Assembly (NCBI GenBank): GCA_038046805.1
Contig: JBBSVO010000006.1
Coordinates: forward strand, 43,081 to 100,351
DNA length: 57,271 bases
Direction of reading: 5' to 3'
From: Candidatus Micrarchaeota archaeon
Lineage (GTDB): Archaea > Micrarchaeota > Micrarchaeia > Anstonellales > Bilamarchaeaceae
The notes under the pieces are model-generated. The model was given only the letters and a program-made list of their open reading frames with translations. It was not told the origin of the DNA and did not search any database. Shown here one piece after another: positions 28,923 through 39,079 of this stretch (position 1 is the stretch's first letter; the number at the start of each line of letters is the position of its first letter). The translations under genes and the position numbers were made by a program.

Positions 28923-30032
28923 ATGTTCTCTTTCAACATTTACAAGGGCAATTACAAGCTTTTGATAATCCTGCCGTTGCTGCTTATTCTCGCATCATTA
29001 TATTTCATCCCGCAAATCAAATTCGGGGTTGATTTCACAGGAGGAACTATGGTTTCTCTTGGTCTTACAAAAGCCGTAGATTCCGCCCAGCTTGAAAATG
29101 TGCTTGCCAAGGAAGGCCTGAATGCAAACGTACGGGTTTTTGATACAGCTGTTGGTCCAATGGCAGAAATCGAACTCCCACAAAGTGAAGCACTGATCAA
29201 AGCGGAAAACCTCAAATCTGAATTCTCCAGCAAGCTTTCCGAAGCATCCTATTTAGAGGTCGTGGCAAACCAGAATGTTTCGCACATGGCGAAATACATA
29301 GAAAAGCGCTCAGAGCTCAACAAGCTTGCGGATGAGATGTTCCTTCTCTCCAAATCAGGGGCAAAGAGCGCATCCGAGTTCGCAAATCTCAACTCCCTTC
29401 AAAAAGAATTTTTCACGTCATATTCCTCAGTTTATTCCGGTTATCAAAAGTCCGTATCCACGGCAATTGATAAGCACGTTTCCTATTCTTCGATTTCAAT
29501 CCAGACTGTAAGTCCGGTTCTCAGCACACATTTCCTAGAAAAGGCATTGTGGGTCGTCGGAGTTGCGGCACTTTTAAGTGTCATATTTGTTTTCATTTTG
29601 TTCCGCGTTGTAGTTCCAAGCATAGCGGTTTTGACAGGCGCGTTAAGCGATGTAGTAATCGCAATGGGTGCCATGGGTCTGTTTGGAATTCCACTTACTC
29701 TTCCGTCATTTGCAGCACTTTTGATGCTCATAGGTTTCTCATTGGATACAGATATCCTTCTAACTATGAGAATGCTCAGGAGAAAGGGAGATCCAAGGGA
29801 AAAGGCGTTTGACGCGATGAAAACAGGCATGACGATGAGTATCGCAGCAATAGTTGCATTTTCGGCATTGTTTATCCTAAGTTCATTGACAAATATTTCA
29901 ACATATTATGAGATTTCTGCAGTTGCTCTTGCAGGGCTTGTTGGAGACCTATTCGCAACATGGGGTATCAATGGTGTCATGCTCTTGTGGTATGTTGAAC
30001 GAAACGAAAACGTAGTCCAGGCAAATGAATAA
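28923..30032 (+). CDS. secF: Protein translocase subunit SecF
   Basis: GVDFTGGT, LMLIGFSLDTDILL, multiple TM helices. Confidence 0.9.
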   Translation: MFSFNIYKGNYKLLIILPLLLILASLYFIPQIKFGVDFTGGTMVSLGLTKAVDSAQLENVLAKEGLNANVRVFDTAVGPMAEIELPQSEALIKAENLKSEFSSKLSEASYLEVVANQNVSHMAKYIEKRSELNKLADEMFLLSKSGAKSASEFANLNSLQKEFFTSYSSVYSGYQKSVSTAIDKHVSYSSISIQTVSPVLSTHFLEKALWVVGVAALLSVIFVFILFRVVVPSIAVLTGALSDVVIAMGAMGLFGIPLTLPSFAALLMLIGFSLDTDILLTMRMLRRKGDPREKAFDAMKTGMTMSIAAIVAFSALFILSSLTNISTYYEISAVALAGLVGDLFATWGINGVMLLWYVERNENVVQANE

Positions 30033-30044
30033 CGAGGTATTCCC

Positions 30045-31787
30045 ATGACACTTTCAAGCATTTCAAAAAATCCGAAATTCCTTACCATGCTGGTATTGTT
30101 CATTCTTTTCGCTGCAGGACTTATTATCTATTCAAAATTCGCCGGTCTTTTATTGATATTCTCATTAATCATCTTCGGAGCGCTTTCCATCTGGTGGAAA
30201 GAAAAAGAAGTCAAGCTCGCTGGTCTTGCTGCGCTTGTCATCCTTTCGCTCCTTAACATTGGGCTCAACGGAATGAAATTTGGAATTGATTTCAGCGGAG
30301 GAACCAGAATCCCGGTTATCCTTGAACAGGCCGTGCCTGCGGAAACGATGAATGAGCTTGTGCAGACAATAAAAACCCGTGCGAGCGTTCTTGGCCTTAC
30401 AGAAGTCCGGGTTAGGGCGATTGGAGACACTGAAATAGACGTTGAAATTCCGAGCAGTGATGAAACCCAGATAAAATTCATAGAAGATGTTCTTTCCCAT
30501 CAGGGTGTTTATTTTGGAGTTGTAGATGGTAAAATTGCAATCACCGGAGAAGATATCTATTCAACTTCAATTCGCCCGTCTCAATTGCAGGAACTTCAGC
30601 AAAGCGGGGCCGATTGGGGTGTTGATTTTTCAATAACAAAAAACGGTGCTGAAACATTTGCACAGACTGTGAAGGGAAAACCAAATTATCCTTTATTCAT
30701 GTTCCTTGACAGGCCAAACGATGCAGTACTCTTTATTTCCGAGGCAGAATTACAGGCAGGTGCACCACCTTCTGCGGATATTTCCGAACTTGTTGCAGGT
30801 GCAAAAAGCGCGCTTTCGCTTGAAGATGAAAAAACAATTGAACTTTATCTCACCAATGAGTTTGAGGAGAATGAATCCTCATGGGAATCGATGAATATAA
30901 CCCCCAAGTCAAACAAGACAAAGGCAATCGTCTCAGGTTCAATGTCGGAAACAACGAAACAAAAGATAAAATCTCTTGGTTTTGTGCTCAAAGAGGTTTC
31001 GCCAGATGATTTTACACCAAACTTCGCGAAATCACCAGCACTGGGTTATATTCCATCCGAATGGAAAGCAGTTGGAATGCTTTCTGCTCCAGCACTTTCA
31101 CCCAAAATAACCGAAGGTCTCCCAAGCTATAGCTACTCGATCAGCGGTGCCGTCAGCGGCACGGGAAAAGACGCCACTGCAGAGGCATCAGAAAGCACAA
31201 AGAGAATCGTTTCAATTCTTAAAGGTGGTTCCCTCCCAGTCCAGATTTCACTCGGCAGCAGGACCTCTCTTCCGGCTAATCTCGGAAGCGAATTCCTTAA
31301 GCTGAGCCTTATTGGCATAATTTCCGCCTTAATCGCAATTTCGGTTCTGGTTGGCATCAGATATCGCCACCTCAAAACAATTTTTCCAATCGTCGCAATC
31401 AGCATTTCCGAACTTATTATACTTTTATCAATCCTTGGTTCTTTCACGGTTGATCTGGCAGCAATGGCTGGTATAATCGCAGCAATAGGTGTCGGTGTTG
31501 ATGCACAGATAGTTATTACTGATGAAATCCTGAAGCGGGACAACTATAAAATGCTTGAAAAGATGGAACACGCATTTGACATAATCAAAACAAACGTAAT
31601 CGTCGCGATAATTTCAATGGTTCCGCTTCTCTTTTCCGGGCTGGTAGAGGTAATAGGATTTGCAATTTCTACAATGCTTGGCTCTCTTCTTGGTTTCCTT
31701 CTCTCAAGGCCGGCATACGCCGTGATCGCGGAAAAGGTGCTTGAAGAGAAAGGGGGACCATCTACGGAAAGTGTGGAAAAACAATAA
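30045..31787 (+). CDS. secD: Protein translocase subunit SecD
   Basis: GIDFSGGT, LKGGSLPV, AGIIAAIGVGVDAQIVI. Confidence 0.9.
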   Translation: MTLSSISKNPKFLTMLVLFILFAAGLIIYSKFAGLLLIFSLIIFGALSIWWKEKEVKLAGLAALVILSLLNIGLNGMKFGIDFSGGTRIPVILEQAVPAETMNELVQTIKTRASVLGLTEVRVRAIGDTEIDVEIPSSDETQIKFIEDVLSHQGVYFGVVDGKIAITGEDIYSTSIRPSQLQELQQSGADWGVDFSITKNGAETFAQTVKGKPNYPLFMFLDRPNDAVLFISEAELQAGAPPSADISELVAGAKSALSLEDEKTIELYLTNEFEENESSWESMNITPKSNKTKAIVSGSMSETTKQKIKSLGFVLKEVSPDDFTPNFAKSPALGYIPSEWKAVGMLSAPALSPKITEGLPSYSYSISGAVSGTGKDATAEASESTKRIVSILKGGSLPVQISLGSRTSLPANLGSEFLKLSLIGIISALIAISVLVGIRYRHLKTIFPIVAISISELIILLSILGSFTVDLAAMAGIIAAIGVGVDAQIVITDEILKRDNYKMLEKMEHAFDIIKTNVIVAIISMVPLLFSGLVEVIGFAISTMLGSLLGFLLSRPAYAVIAEKVLEEKGGPSTESVEKQ

Positions 31788-31819
31788 GCAGGAACTCCCG
31801 GATTTTTGTTCGTCCTTCC

Positions 31820-32130
31820 TGACATCCACAAAATGAATGCTTTGTTTTGTCGGACCTTAGAACTCAAGACAATGTTTCTACTCAGACCGCATACTAGGAT
31901 AGAATTCCTTTGGCTGTTGCCAAAAGCTTCCAAAGAGCCTCGCTCTTCAGAATCGTCTGCCTGAGGCACACCATTCAAAGACACACAGTGCGTTTCCGAT
32001 TGAAACCTGCAGGTTTCAATTCTGTCGAATTTTTTCAAAATTCTCCATGTCGTAATCGATGAACTGATTACGATCATGCTCAAGAACGGATTGCCGTTCT
32101 TGACATCTTAGGGAAACGAGGTGCCTAAAT
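31820..32130. ncRNA. Hairpin-dense intergenic region (putative structured RNA or MITE-like element)
   Basis: About eight tandem inverted repeats, including a 22-bp palindrome (31999-32020) and a 10-bp stem (32080-32103), between convergent genes. Confidence 0.4.
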
Positions 32131-32138
32131 TGGTGCAG

Positions 32139-33707
32139 CTAACTAGGGACAGATGTCGAAATGAACTCTACAAAAACAGGATGCTCTGGCTGCAGGCTAA
32201 TCTCGCTGGCGTTAATCATATCATCAACACCAAACATGTCGCTCACCCTTACATTTCCAGAGATTTCGCTTGGCAGTGTTCCGAACCATAATGCATAAAT
32301 CGGTTTGCCGTCTACCGTGAATTTATATTGCCCTTCAGCGATTTTTTCCGCTTTGGAGAAACCGCTTATTTTTGAAGCTATCGTTCTTAGGGTAGTGACG
32401 AAAGATCGTGGCGTACCCTCAAGACTGAACGCCGCGGAACTGCCAATTACATCGTTGTCTCGGCCAATAAAATCAATGAAGATGCGATTTGCCCCATTTG
32501 CAAAACCAATAACTGAGTTCCTGAAGTACCACGCAGCCTGAAATTCTTGGCTTTGTGTAAGGAAACCCATTTTGTTTTGCGTTGGTTCGCCCTGCTGGTA
32601 AGGTTGCTGAAAGGATGCCTGTGATTCTACTGGCGCCTGAAAAGATGATCGTGGAGATGGGGTTCCGGAATAGGTGCCAAATTCTGTAATCCAGAAGGGT
32701 TTTCTACCCCCGTTTTTCTCCATCAAGTCATTGAAGAAATTTAGGTTATCCAAGAAAGATGCGGAATCCAGGTTTGCACCGCCTCCGGCACTCCGTTCGG
32801 CATTATAATGGAGATTGAAATAATCGAGGTATTGCAATCCGTCCAATTCGAAGAATTTTTTCCAAAAGTTTTTATTAGCCACTGCCTCTCTAATACCGAC
32901 AACTTCTAGCGCGCCGCCGTTCAACACCTTTGCTTGCGGATCTGCTTTCTTGATTGTTTCGAAAGAAATCTTCAATAACTTCACGTAATCTTTAGCATTG
33001 TTCTCGAATCCTCCACAGTTGCCTTCGACCTCGTTTCCGATTTCCCAGTAAGTTACTCTTCCTTTATAGCGCTCCACAAGCTTAGTCAGAAAGTTTTCGT
33101 ATTCGCTCCAGTCGTTTGGTGTGCCTGCTTTGTAATCGTAGTAAGCAAAGTCTAATGCCTTGCACTCGGACGTTGCCTGGATGTTTTTTTGGTCCCAAAC
33201 CGTGAATGGCTGTACTACTGCAGTGAGCTCGATTCCTGATTCTCCAGCTGCTTGAACGACCAAGTCTGTTAATTCCCAGTCATATTGCCCTTTCTCCGGT
33301 TCGATGACGTTCCAGGTAAAGTAAGCGGCGATTTCTTTATCCACTGAGAAATCCGCTTTTTTAATGAGGGCTGCGCGTTCCTGGGAAACCAGTCCAATTG
33401 AGTTTTTCAGTGCTTGATACGATACAGTATCTTTCCTGAATTCCGACCATCCATTCTGAATATTTTTAACTATCATCGCATTCATTGCAGCATCGTTGAT
33501 ATTGTACGCCAGTATGGAACCGAAGAGGCCGGACTTCTCCAAGGCAGACGTTTCATTTGAAGATGAAATGGGCAGTATACTTTTCTCATTACCGATATTA
33601 TTAGTAAATGTGGTATTCATTGCGAATGGTTTTTCACTAAGACCTATACAGCCACTTATGAGAAATAATATTCCAATCAAAATAGCAAAGATTAGATTTT
33701 TATTCAT
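32139..33707 (-). CDS. Secreted/lipoprotein glycoside hydrolase, clan GH-A (GH39/GH5-like)
   Basis: ISGC lipobox, WNVIEPEKGQYDW, acid/base WEIGNE and nucleophile WITEFG. Confidence 0.8.
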   Translation of the reverse strand: MNKNLIFAILIGILFLISGCIGLSEKPFAMNTTFTNNIGNEKSILPISSSNETSALEKSGLFGSILAYNINDAAMNAMIVKNIQNGWSEFRKDTVSYQALKNSIGLVSQERAALIKKADFSVDKEIAAYFTWNVIEPEKGQYDWELTDLVVQAAGESGIELTAVVQPFTVWDQKNIQATSECKALDFAYYDYKAGTPNDWSEYENFLTKLVERYKGRVTYWEIGNEVEGNCGGFENNAKDYVKLLKISFETIKKADPQAKVLNGGALEVVGIREAVANKNFWKKFFELDGLQYLDYFNLHYNAERSAGGGANLDSASFLDNLNFFNDLMEKNGGRKPFWITEFGTYSGTPSPRSSFQAPVESQASFQQPYQQGEPTQNKMGFLTQSQEFQAAWYFRNSVIGFANGANRIFIDFIGRDNDVIGSSAAFSLEGTPRSFVTTLRTIASKISGFSKAEKIAEGQYKFTVDGKPIYALWFGTLPSEISGNVRVSDMFGVDDMINASEISLQPEHPVFVEFISTSVPS

Positions 33708-33839
33708 GTACCTAGTTCCCAGAAAAGCTTTTTGAGGATATCATTCTGTTGGTCAGCCAAACGATCCTGAAATGCCGCAGCATTTTGGGAGACTTTGGCT
33801 ATCAGCCAAAGGAAATCTACTCAGACCATACGTCTTCCC

Positions 33840-34898
33840 TTATTTCATATACTGCACATTATATTCCGTTCCATCGCTCACAACACGCACGGTTCCATTC
33901 TTGTAGTTCTCCCAGTAATTCATCTTTCTTGTCTTCAGCTTGTCTCTGAGGGCCTTTCTCGTATCTATTTTATCCTTTGATACGTCAGTATATGCATATC
34001 CGGCCGGTCCGCCACTGCTTATCACGTCCTTCGGATTCACCTTGAGCAAAAACAGGTCTATTTGTGCACTTCCCTGCCCAAGTCCATGATAAGGAGCCTG
34101 CATTACAGGGCATTTTATATCCACGCCAGTCTGTTGGATTATGTTTGTCTGCGCGCCAACTACTATATCCGAAGTCAAAATAGCGCAGAATTTTCGGTCG
34201 CTGACTTTCAGGGCAATCGCATCATTCTTAACATCATTATATCTGTCTGCCAGGTCTTTTTGAGGATTAAGAATTTCTATTTTTATCCCATTTATTTCTA
34301 TCTTATCTCCATATGCTGCAGCCTTCACTGTTGTCTTCTTTTTCATATCTGCTATAAATGAACTATAGACTCCATCGTCAAAGGTATTTCCAGCCCACCA
34401 GAATTCCTCAACAGGATATTCATCTGCAGTTGCAATGAGTCCGTTGTAATGCTCCGGGTCGGCATGGGTTGAAATCATTAGTTCAATATCATCTACGCCT
34501 CTGGTTTTCAAAAAATCGATTGTTTTTTCCCCTGTTTTTGAAGGTCCGCCGTCTACAAGAATTTCAACATCTCCTTTTTTTATGAGAATTGCATCCCCGT
34601 GCTTATCTAACTCTCCAACATAAACAAAATAAATTGCAATCATATCATCAGGAGTTGATTCGTACTTTATCCCAGGAGTCTTTCCCTCATTCTCATCAGG
34701 AGTTTTGTTTGCTGCAACTGTGAAGTTCTGTCCGCCGGTTTCTATTACTTTGGGTGTTTTCACCGAGGTGCCATTTCCGTCACCGGTTTTTCCATCAGGG
34801 ACTGGTTTTTGTTCTCCACCAAGATTAATGCATCCAAATGCAACAAGTAACATTGCCACGATAGCGAATAAAAAAATATTTTTCATGAAATCACTCAT
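33840..34898 (-). CDS. ComEC/Rec2-like metallo-beta-lactamase-fold lipoprotein
   Basis: AFGC lipobox, HGDAILI, LVDGG, STHADPEH, partly degenerate PYHG. Confidence 0.75.
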   Translation of the reverse strand: MSDFMKNIFLFAIVAMLLVAFGCINLGGEQKPVPDGKTGDGNGTSVKTPKVIETGGQNFTVAANKTPDENEGKTPGIKYESTPDDMIAIYFVYVGELDKHGDAILIKKGDVEILVDGGPSKTGEKTIDFLKTRGVDDIELMISTHADPEHYNGLIATADEYPVEEFWWAGNTFDDGVYSSFIADMKKKTTVKAAAYGDKIEINGIKIEILNPQKDLADRYNDVKNDAIALKVSDRKFCAILTSDIVVGAQTNIIQQTGVDIKCPVMQAPYHGLGQGSAQIDLFLLKVNPKDVISSGGPAGYAYTDVSKDKIDTRKALRDKLKTRKMNYWENYKNGTVRVVSDGTEYNVQYMK

Positions 34899-34899
34899 C

Positions 34900-36423
34900 T
34901 CACTCCAACCGCACGCGTCCGGCCTCAATGTTTTTTCTGATTAATCCTTCCAATTCATTTATTTTAATTCTTTCCTGTTTTCCATCATTCCTGTATCTGA
35001 TGGTTACTGTTTCATCTTTGAGCGTGTCATAATCTATTGTGAGTGCATATGGGATTCCGATTTCATCCGCACGTGCATACCTCCTTCCAATGCTTCCGCT
35101 TTCCTGGTAGAATGCTCCCAGTGTGCTGCGTAGTTTTGCTGTAATTTCCTCTGCCTTTTCTGCAAGTCCATCTTTTTTCATAAGTGGAAATACTGCAACA
35201 TCATATGGTGCAATGGCTGGAGGAAAATCAAACCATTCCCAGTCCTTTGCCGCCCCGGGTTTCGGGTCTTCGGTCTTGCTTTTTGGTGCTTCTTTTTCCC
35301 TGAAGCAGTGTTCAAGAATGCAGAAAAACATCCTGTCAACGCCCATTGACGCCTCGAACACATGCGGAATTAACTTTTTCTTTTCCTCTTCGACAAATAC
35401 GGAAAGGTCCTGCCCGCTTGTTTTCGCATGCTGGGAAAGGTCAAAATCAGTTCGGTATGCGTTTCCAATAGTTTCAACAATTCCGTATGATGTTTCCACT
35501 TCTAAATCAATGTTCCCCTTTGAATAATGTGGAACCTCTGTCTTTCCAAGAACTCTGAAATACATTCTTTTTTGGTCAACTCCACACGCTATGTAAAAAT
35601 TCCATTCAAGCGCAAGAAAGTATGCCATTATTTCGTTTGCCGCGATTCCTTGTTCCGAGATGTTCCGCACGCTCATTTCGCTTGTCTTGCCGTCAACCTG
35701 CATCCTGAGTTCTTTCCCGGCAACTGTTTCAAATCCTTCAATACCCTGCTTTCCTGGATTAAAGAAATATTCAAGTTCCATTTGTGTGAACTCTCTCATT
35801 CGCACAAGTCCTTTTCTAGGAGAAATCTCGTTTCTGAAGCTTTTTCCAACCTGTCCTACCGCAAGCGGGAGTTTTGCGCCATGGTTTCGGAAAATCCTAG
35901 GAAATGCAGTAAATATTCCCTGTGCGGTTTCTGGTCTGCAATACGCAGAACTGTGATCTCCTCCAATTGCGGTTTTGAACATCAAGTTGAACATATATGC
36001 CTTGCCCAGAGCGCCGTCACCGCCAGTCTTGCACCCAGGGCATTTTACTCCGTGCTCTTTTATTGCTGAGGTTATACTTTCTACTTTTCCATCCCATTTC
36101 CATCCTTTTACTTCCTTTTCTACCAAAGTGTCTGCTCTTATTCTTGCTTTGCACATTTTGCAATCAACAACAGGGTCTGCGAAGCTTGCAACATGGCCAG
36201 ACGCCACCAGAACCTGTTCTGGTGTTACAATCGCACTTTCCATCTCATGAAATCCATTTTCGTAAATGAACCTTCTGCGCCATAAATTCTCTATTTTCCT
36301 TTTTATCAGAACTCCTACCGGGCCATAATCATAGAAACCGCCCGTAGTCCCGTATGGCTCGTTTGCAGGAAAGAAAAAAGAGCGCGATACTGCAAGTTCA
36401 AGGATTCGTTCATGTAGTTCCAT
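34900..36423 (-). CDS. glyS: Glycyl-tRNA synthetase (archaeal/eukaryotic alpha2 type)
   Basis: GFYDYGPVG, RPETAQG, FRNEISPR, REFTQME, SIGRRYARADEIG. Confidence 0.97.
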   Translation of the reverse strand: MELHERILELAVSRSFFFPANEPYGTTGGFYDYGPVGVLIKRKIENLWRRRFIYENGFHEMESAIVTPEQVLVASGHVASFADPVVDCKMCKARIRADTLVEKEVKGWKWDGKVESITSAIKEHGVKCPGCKTGGDGALGKAYMFNLMFKTAIGGDHSSAYCRPETAQGIFTAFPRIFRNHGAKLPLAVGQVGKSFRNEISPRKGLVRMREFTQMELEYFFNPGKQGIEGFETVAGKELRMQVDGKTSEMSVRNISEQGIAANEIMAYFLALEWNFYIACGVDQKRMYFRVLGKTEVPHYSKGNIDLEVETSYGIVETIGNAYRTDFDLSQHAKTSGQDLSVFVEEEKKKLIPHVFEASMGVDRMFFCILEHCFREKEAPKSKTEDPKPGAAKDWEWFDFPPAIAPYDVAVFPLMKKDGLAEKAEEITAKLRSTLGAFYQESGSIGRRYARADEIGIPYALTIDYDTLKDETVTIRYRNDGKQERIKINELEGLIRKNIEAGRVRLE

Positions 36424-36564
36424 AAATCTCACTTGTGTTTGTTGTTTGTATTGTCGCTATCCAATATCTTTAAAAACACTTATAAATAAGAATGTTCCAA
36501 CGACAACCCTTACTTGTAATAATGTAATCGTTATACAATAATTGAAATAATCTTAGGTGATACC

Positions 36565-37194
36565 TTGTATTATTTGAAAACCATAGAAGAAAAGATTCGA
36601 ATTCCTTCAAATCTTCTCGGAAGCGATCTTGAAGATGCAGTTCTTAAAATACTGCGGGACAAGTTCGAGCGAAGAGGTTTCAGGGACACAGGTCTCGTCC
36701 TTTCAATCAACGAGACTGAGGTTACTGGCGAGGGAGTTATATTGCCAGGTGACAATGGAGTGTATTACGTTGTCAAATTCGATGCGCTTTGTTTTGCTCC
36801 TTTTGTTAACGAGGTTCATAATGCAGTCGTAAAGGAAATAGTAGATTTTGGAGCATTCGCAAGTATAGGTCCTCTTCAGGGTTTGCTTCATGTTTCACAG
36901 ATTGGTTCAGAGAAATTCTTTTATGATAAAAAGAGTAAGGTGCTCTCAAGCACTGGCCAGAAAAGGAGCGTTAAAAAGGATGATGAACTTGTTCTCAAGG
37001 TTTCCACAGTGAGCCTAAAATCCAATCCGCAGGATACAAAAATTGGTCTTACAATGAGACCGCTTGGTCTTGGCAAAGTGGAATGGCTTGTAAAAGAAGA
37101 GAAAAAGAAGGATGCAAAACCATCTAAGAAAAAGGACAAGGAAGATAAAGAAGAAAAAACTGCGGATAGTGGAAAAGCAAAAGAAAAGAAATAG
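36565..37194 (+). CDS. rpoE: RNA polymerase subunit Rpo7 (RpoE')
   Basis: S1 domain FGAFASIGPLQGLLHVSQI and KIGLTMRPLGLGK. Confidence 0.95.
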   Translation: MYYLKTIEEKIRIPSNLLGSDLEDAVLKILRDKFERRGFRDTGLVLSINETEVTGEGVILPGDNGVYYVVKFDALCFAPFVNEVHNAVVKEIVDFGAFASIGPLQGLLHVSQIGSEKFFYDKKSKVLSSTGQKRSVKKDDELVLKVSTVSLKSNPQDTKIGLTMRPLGLGKVEWLVKEEKKKDAKPSKKKDKEDKEEKTADSGKAKEKK

Positions 37195-37204
37195 GTGACT
37201 ACTC

Positions 37205-37384
37205 ATGAAGGCATGCCGAAATTGTCGACTTATAGTTTATTCGGAAAAGATCTGTCCAAAATGTAATGGGGATCTTTCTGAGAAGTTTTCCGGCATGATT
37301 ATAGTTCTTGATCCAGAACGTTCAGAAATTTCAAAGGTTGCGGAGATAAACGTTGTCGGTAATTATGCAGTTCGGGTAAAATGA
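37205..37384 (+). CDS. spt4: Transcription elongation factor Spt4 (RpoE''), absent from the ORF track
   Basis: MKACRNCRLIVYSEKICPKCNGDLSEKFSGMIIVLDPERSEISKVAEINVVGNYAVRVK; Zn ribbon, canonical position after rpoE'. Confidence 0.95.
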   Translation: MKACRNCRLIVYSEKICPKCNGDLSEKFSGMIIVLDPERSEISKVAEINVVGNYAVRVK

Positions 37385-38055
37385 TCTGGTTAATCTTAAT
37401 CACGCTTATGCGTTTTACTTTTTCTCGCGGTTTTGTTTCGTTTCTTTTGGTTTTCGTTTCCATTTCGTTACTTCTTATTCTCCTGCGTTTTCAAGGAGTT
37501 CAAATTAATCTCTCCAAAGCGATTGCAGTTGAGCAGGCGTATTATCTTCAAATGAATGCAAAGGAAGCAGTTCTCGAGGCTGCGCGATCAGGAACACAAG
37601 AAGGGCTAAGGCAGTATCTTGTTGAAATTGCTGCGAGCGGTGCCACTTTCAATATAGATTCCGCTTATTCGCGTGCAAGGGTGGAAGCGCACAGAAGAAT
37701 GGCAGTACTTGATAACTTCGAGTCGACGGTCGAATCTGATTTTGAAATTATGTTATGGTGCGGGTATATAGATAAATCCGACTTGGGGTCGCTCAAAACC
37801 AGAATGCTGGTTGAGGAGAAAGTTCTCGCTTGCAATGGGTGCGAACCTATTTCTTCTTCCAAATGCGCTGATTTCGTTAATTTTGTTCCGCAAGCGGATT
37901 TTCTCGCGATAAGTTCTGTTTATTTTGAAGGGCGTTCTCCATTTTATCCACTCAAGCACGGAGTCGTCGGGGTTTCAGTTTATTCAAAAAAATTCAATGT
38001 TTCTGGGGTTTCTTTTATTTCTCCATCAAAACACGTTGAGGTGAAAGTTCTGTGA
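37381..38055 (+). CDS. Pilin-like protein (class III signal peptide-like)
   Basis: RGFVS followed by a hydrophobic helix; ATGA overlap with spt4. Confidence 0.55.
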   Translation: MIWLILITLMRFTFSRGFVSFLLVFVSISLLLILLRFQGVQINLSKAIAVEQAYYLQMNAKEAVLEAARSGTQEGLRQYLVEIAASGATFNIDSAYSRARVEAHRRMAVLDNFESTVESDFEIMLWCGYIDKSDLGSLKTRMLVEEKVLACNGCEPISSSKCADFVNFVPQADFLAISSVYFEGRSPFYPLKHGVVGVSVYSKKFNVSGVSFISPSKHVEVKVL

Positions 38056-38615
38056 TCGCATCTATAAAACAACATCATTTGCTCATTCGGTCACCACGAC
38101 CTAAAGGCAAAATGCCTTCGGCATTTTGGTCGCCTGCTGGCGACTCGTGGTATGCGGACCGAAGAGCAAAAGTTTTGAAAAAATGGCACTTACCCAAAGC
38201 TAAAGCAATGGGTTTGGTGCCATTTTGCCATTTTTCAAATCAATATCTGCGCGGCCAGCTTTCAATCGAATTACTTACTTCATTCCTCGTTCTTCTTGCA
38301 TTTATTTCAATCCTTATCTCCGGGCTTTTGCTTTATTCCAAACACTCGGAAGAGTTCGGTCATCGCGTATTTGCAACAGCGGAGATCGAATCAACCGCGC
38401 GCACGCTTGACGCGATTTCATCTTCTGGTGGAACAGTTGCAATCGGAGTGGTTCAAAACAAAAATTTCGGTTCAAATCGGGTTTCACTTGTTTCGGTTTC
38501 AGATGGAACTGTTGTCATGGACCTAGGAGAGAGCGGGAAAGTAGTTATTGCAAAGACCTTCTTTGGAAATAAGCCCGGAGTTGTAGGAGGAGCAGATTAT
38601 GGCGAACCGATTTAG
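38052..38615 (+). CDS. Pilin-like protein with a palindromic in-frame insertion in its leader
   Basis: RGQLSIELL class III signal motif; GTGA overlap with the upstream stop. Confidence 0.6.
   Translation: MIASIKQHHLLIRSPRPKGKMPSAFWSPAGDSWYADRRAKVLKKWHLPKAKAMGLVPFCHFSNQYLRGQLSIELLTSFLVLLAFISILISGLLLYSKHSEEFGHRVFATAEIESTARTLDAISSSGGTVAIGVVQNKNFGSNRVSLVSVSDGTVVMDLGESGKVVIAKTFFGNKPGVVGGADYGEPI
38078..38239. repeat. Multi-hairpin palindromic element related to the trpA insertion
   Basis: Outer stem 38078-38092/38157-38170, inner hairpins 38108-38128 and 38129-38144, second stem about 38173-38239. Shares GCTCATTCGGTCAC, GACCGAAGAG and GGTATGCG with the trpA element. Confidence 0.75.
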
Positions 38616-39066
38616 CACCGGCATAATTGCGCCGGCATCTGCATCCGGAGCGATTTTCCTTGATTTGATATTCGCAACTCTTCCAATTCTTCTAATCCTA
38701 GTCTATACGCTTACTCATGCTTCGTATCTTTCCAATAATAGCACACGTAATCTTGAGGAAGATGCGGTGTTCCATAAACTCGTTTCAGCTTCGGATATTA
38801 TTGTCAAGCAACTGGCTGCGCAGAAATCCGGAAGCGGATGGGGTGCGAAGATTGAGCCGAATCTGATCGATGAGAGTGCGCACGGTTCATTAAATACTAA
38901 ATCCGTTGCCAAAGCAATTGGTCTCAACAATCTATATGTTGGTTTTGAGCCGCAAAATGCACAAAGCGGAACAAAAAATTCAAATTACAATCAGATTTGC
39001 ATTTACCGCATCGTCGTGGAAAGTGGTTCCAGTGAAATAAGAAAACTATTCGTATGTGGCGAGTAA
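38599..39066 (+). CDS. Pilin-like membrane protein
   Basis: GAIFLDLIFA followed by a hydrophobic helix; overlaps neighbouring genes. Confidence 0.55.
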   Translation: MANRFSTGIIAPASASGAIFLDLIFATLPILLILVYTLTHASYLSNNSTRNLEEDAVFHKLVSASDIIVKQLAAQKSGSGWGAKIEPNLIDESAHGSLNTKSVAKAIGLNNLYVGFEPQNAQSGTKNSNYNQICIYRIVVESGSSEIRKLFVCGE

Positions 39067-39079
39067 TCTCGTGATCTAT

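Noticed and set aside
31544..32083. 179-aa minus-strand ORF from the track
   Set aside because: Overlaps secD in antisense and runs through palindromic DNA; no protein-like motifs.
31786..32138. RNase P or SRP RNA
   Set aside because: The conserved GAGGAAAGUCC-type and SRP helix-8 motifs were not found on either strand.
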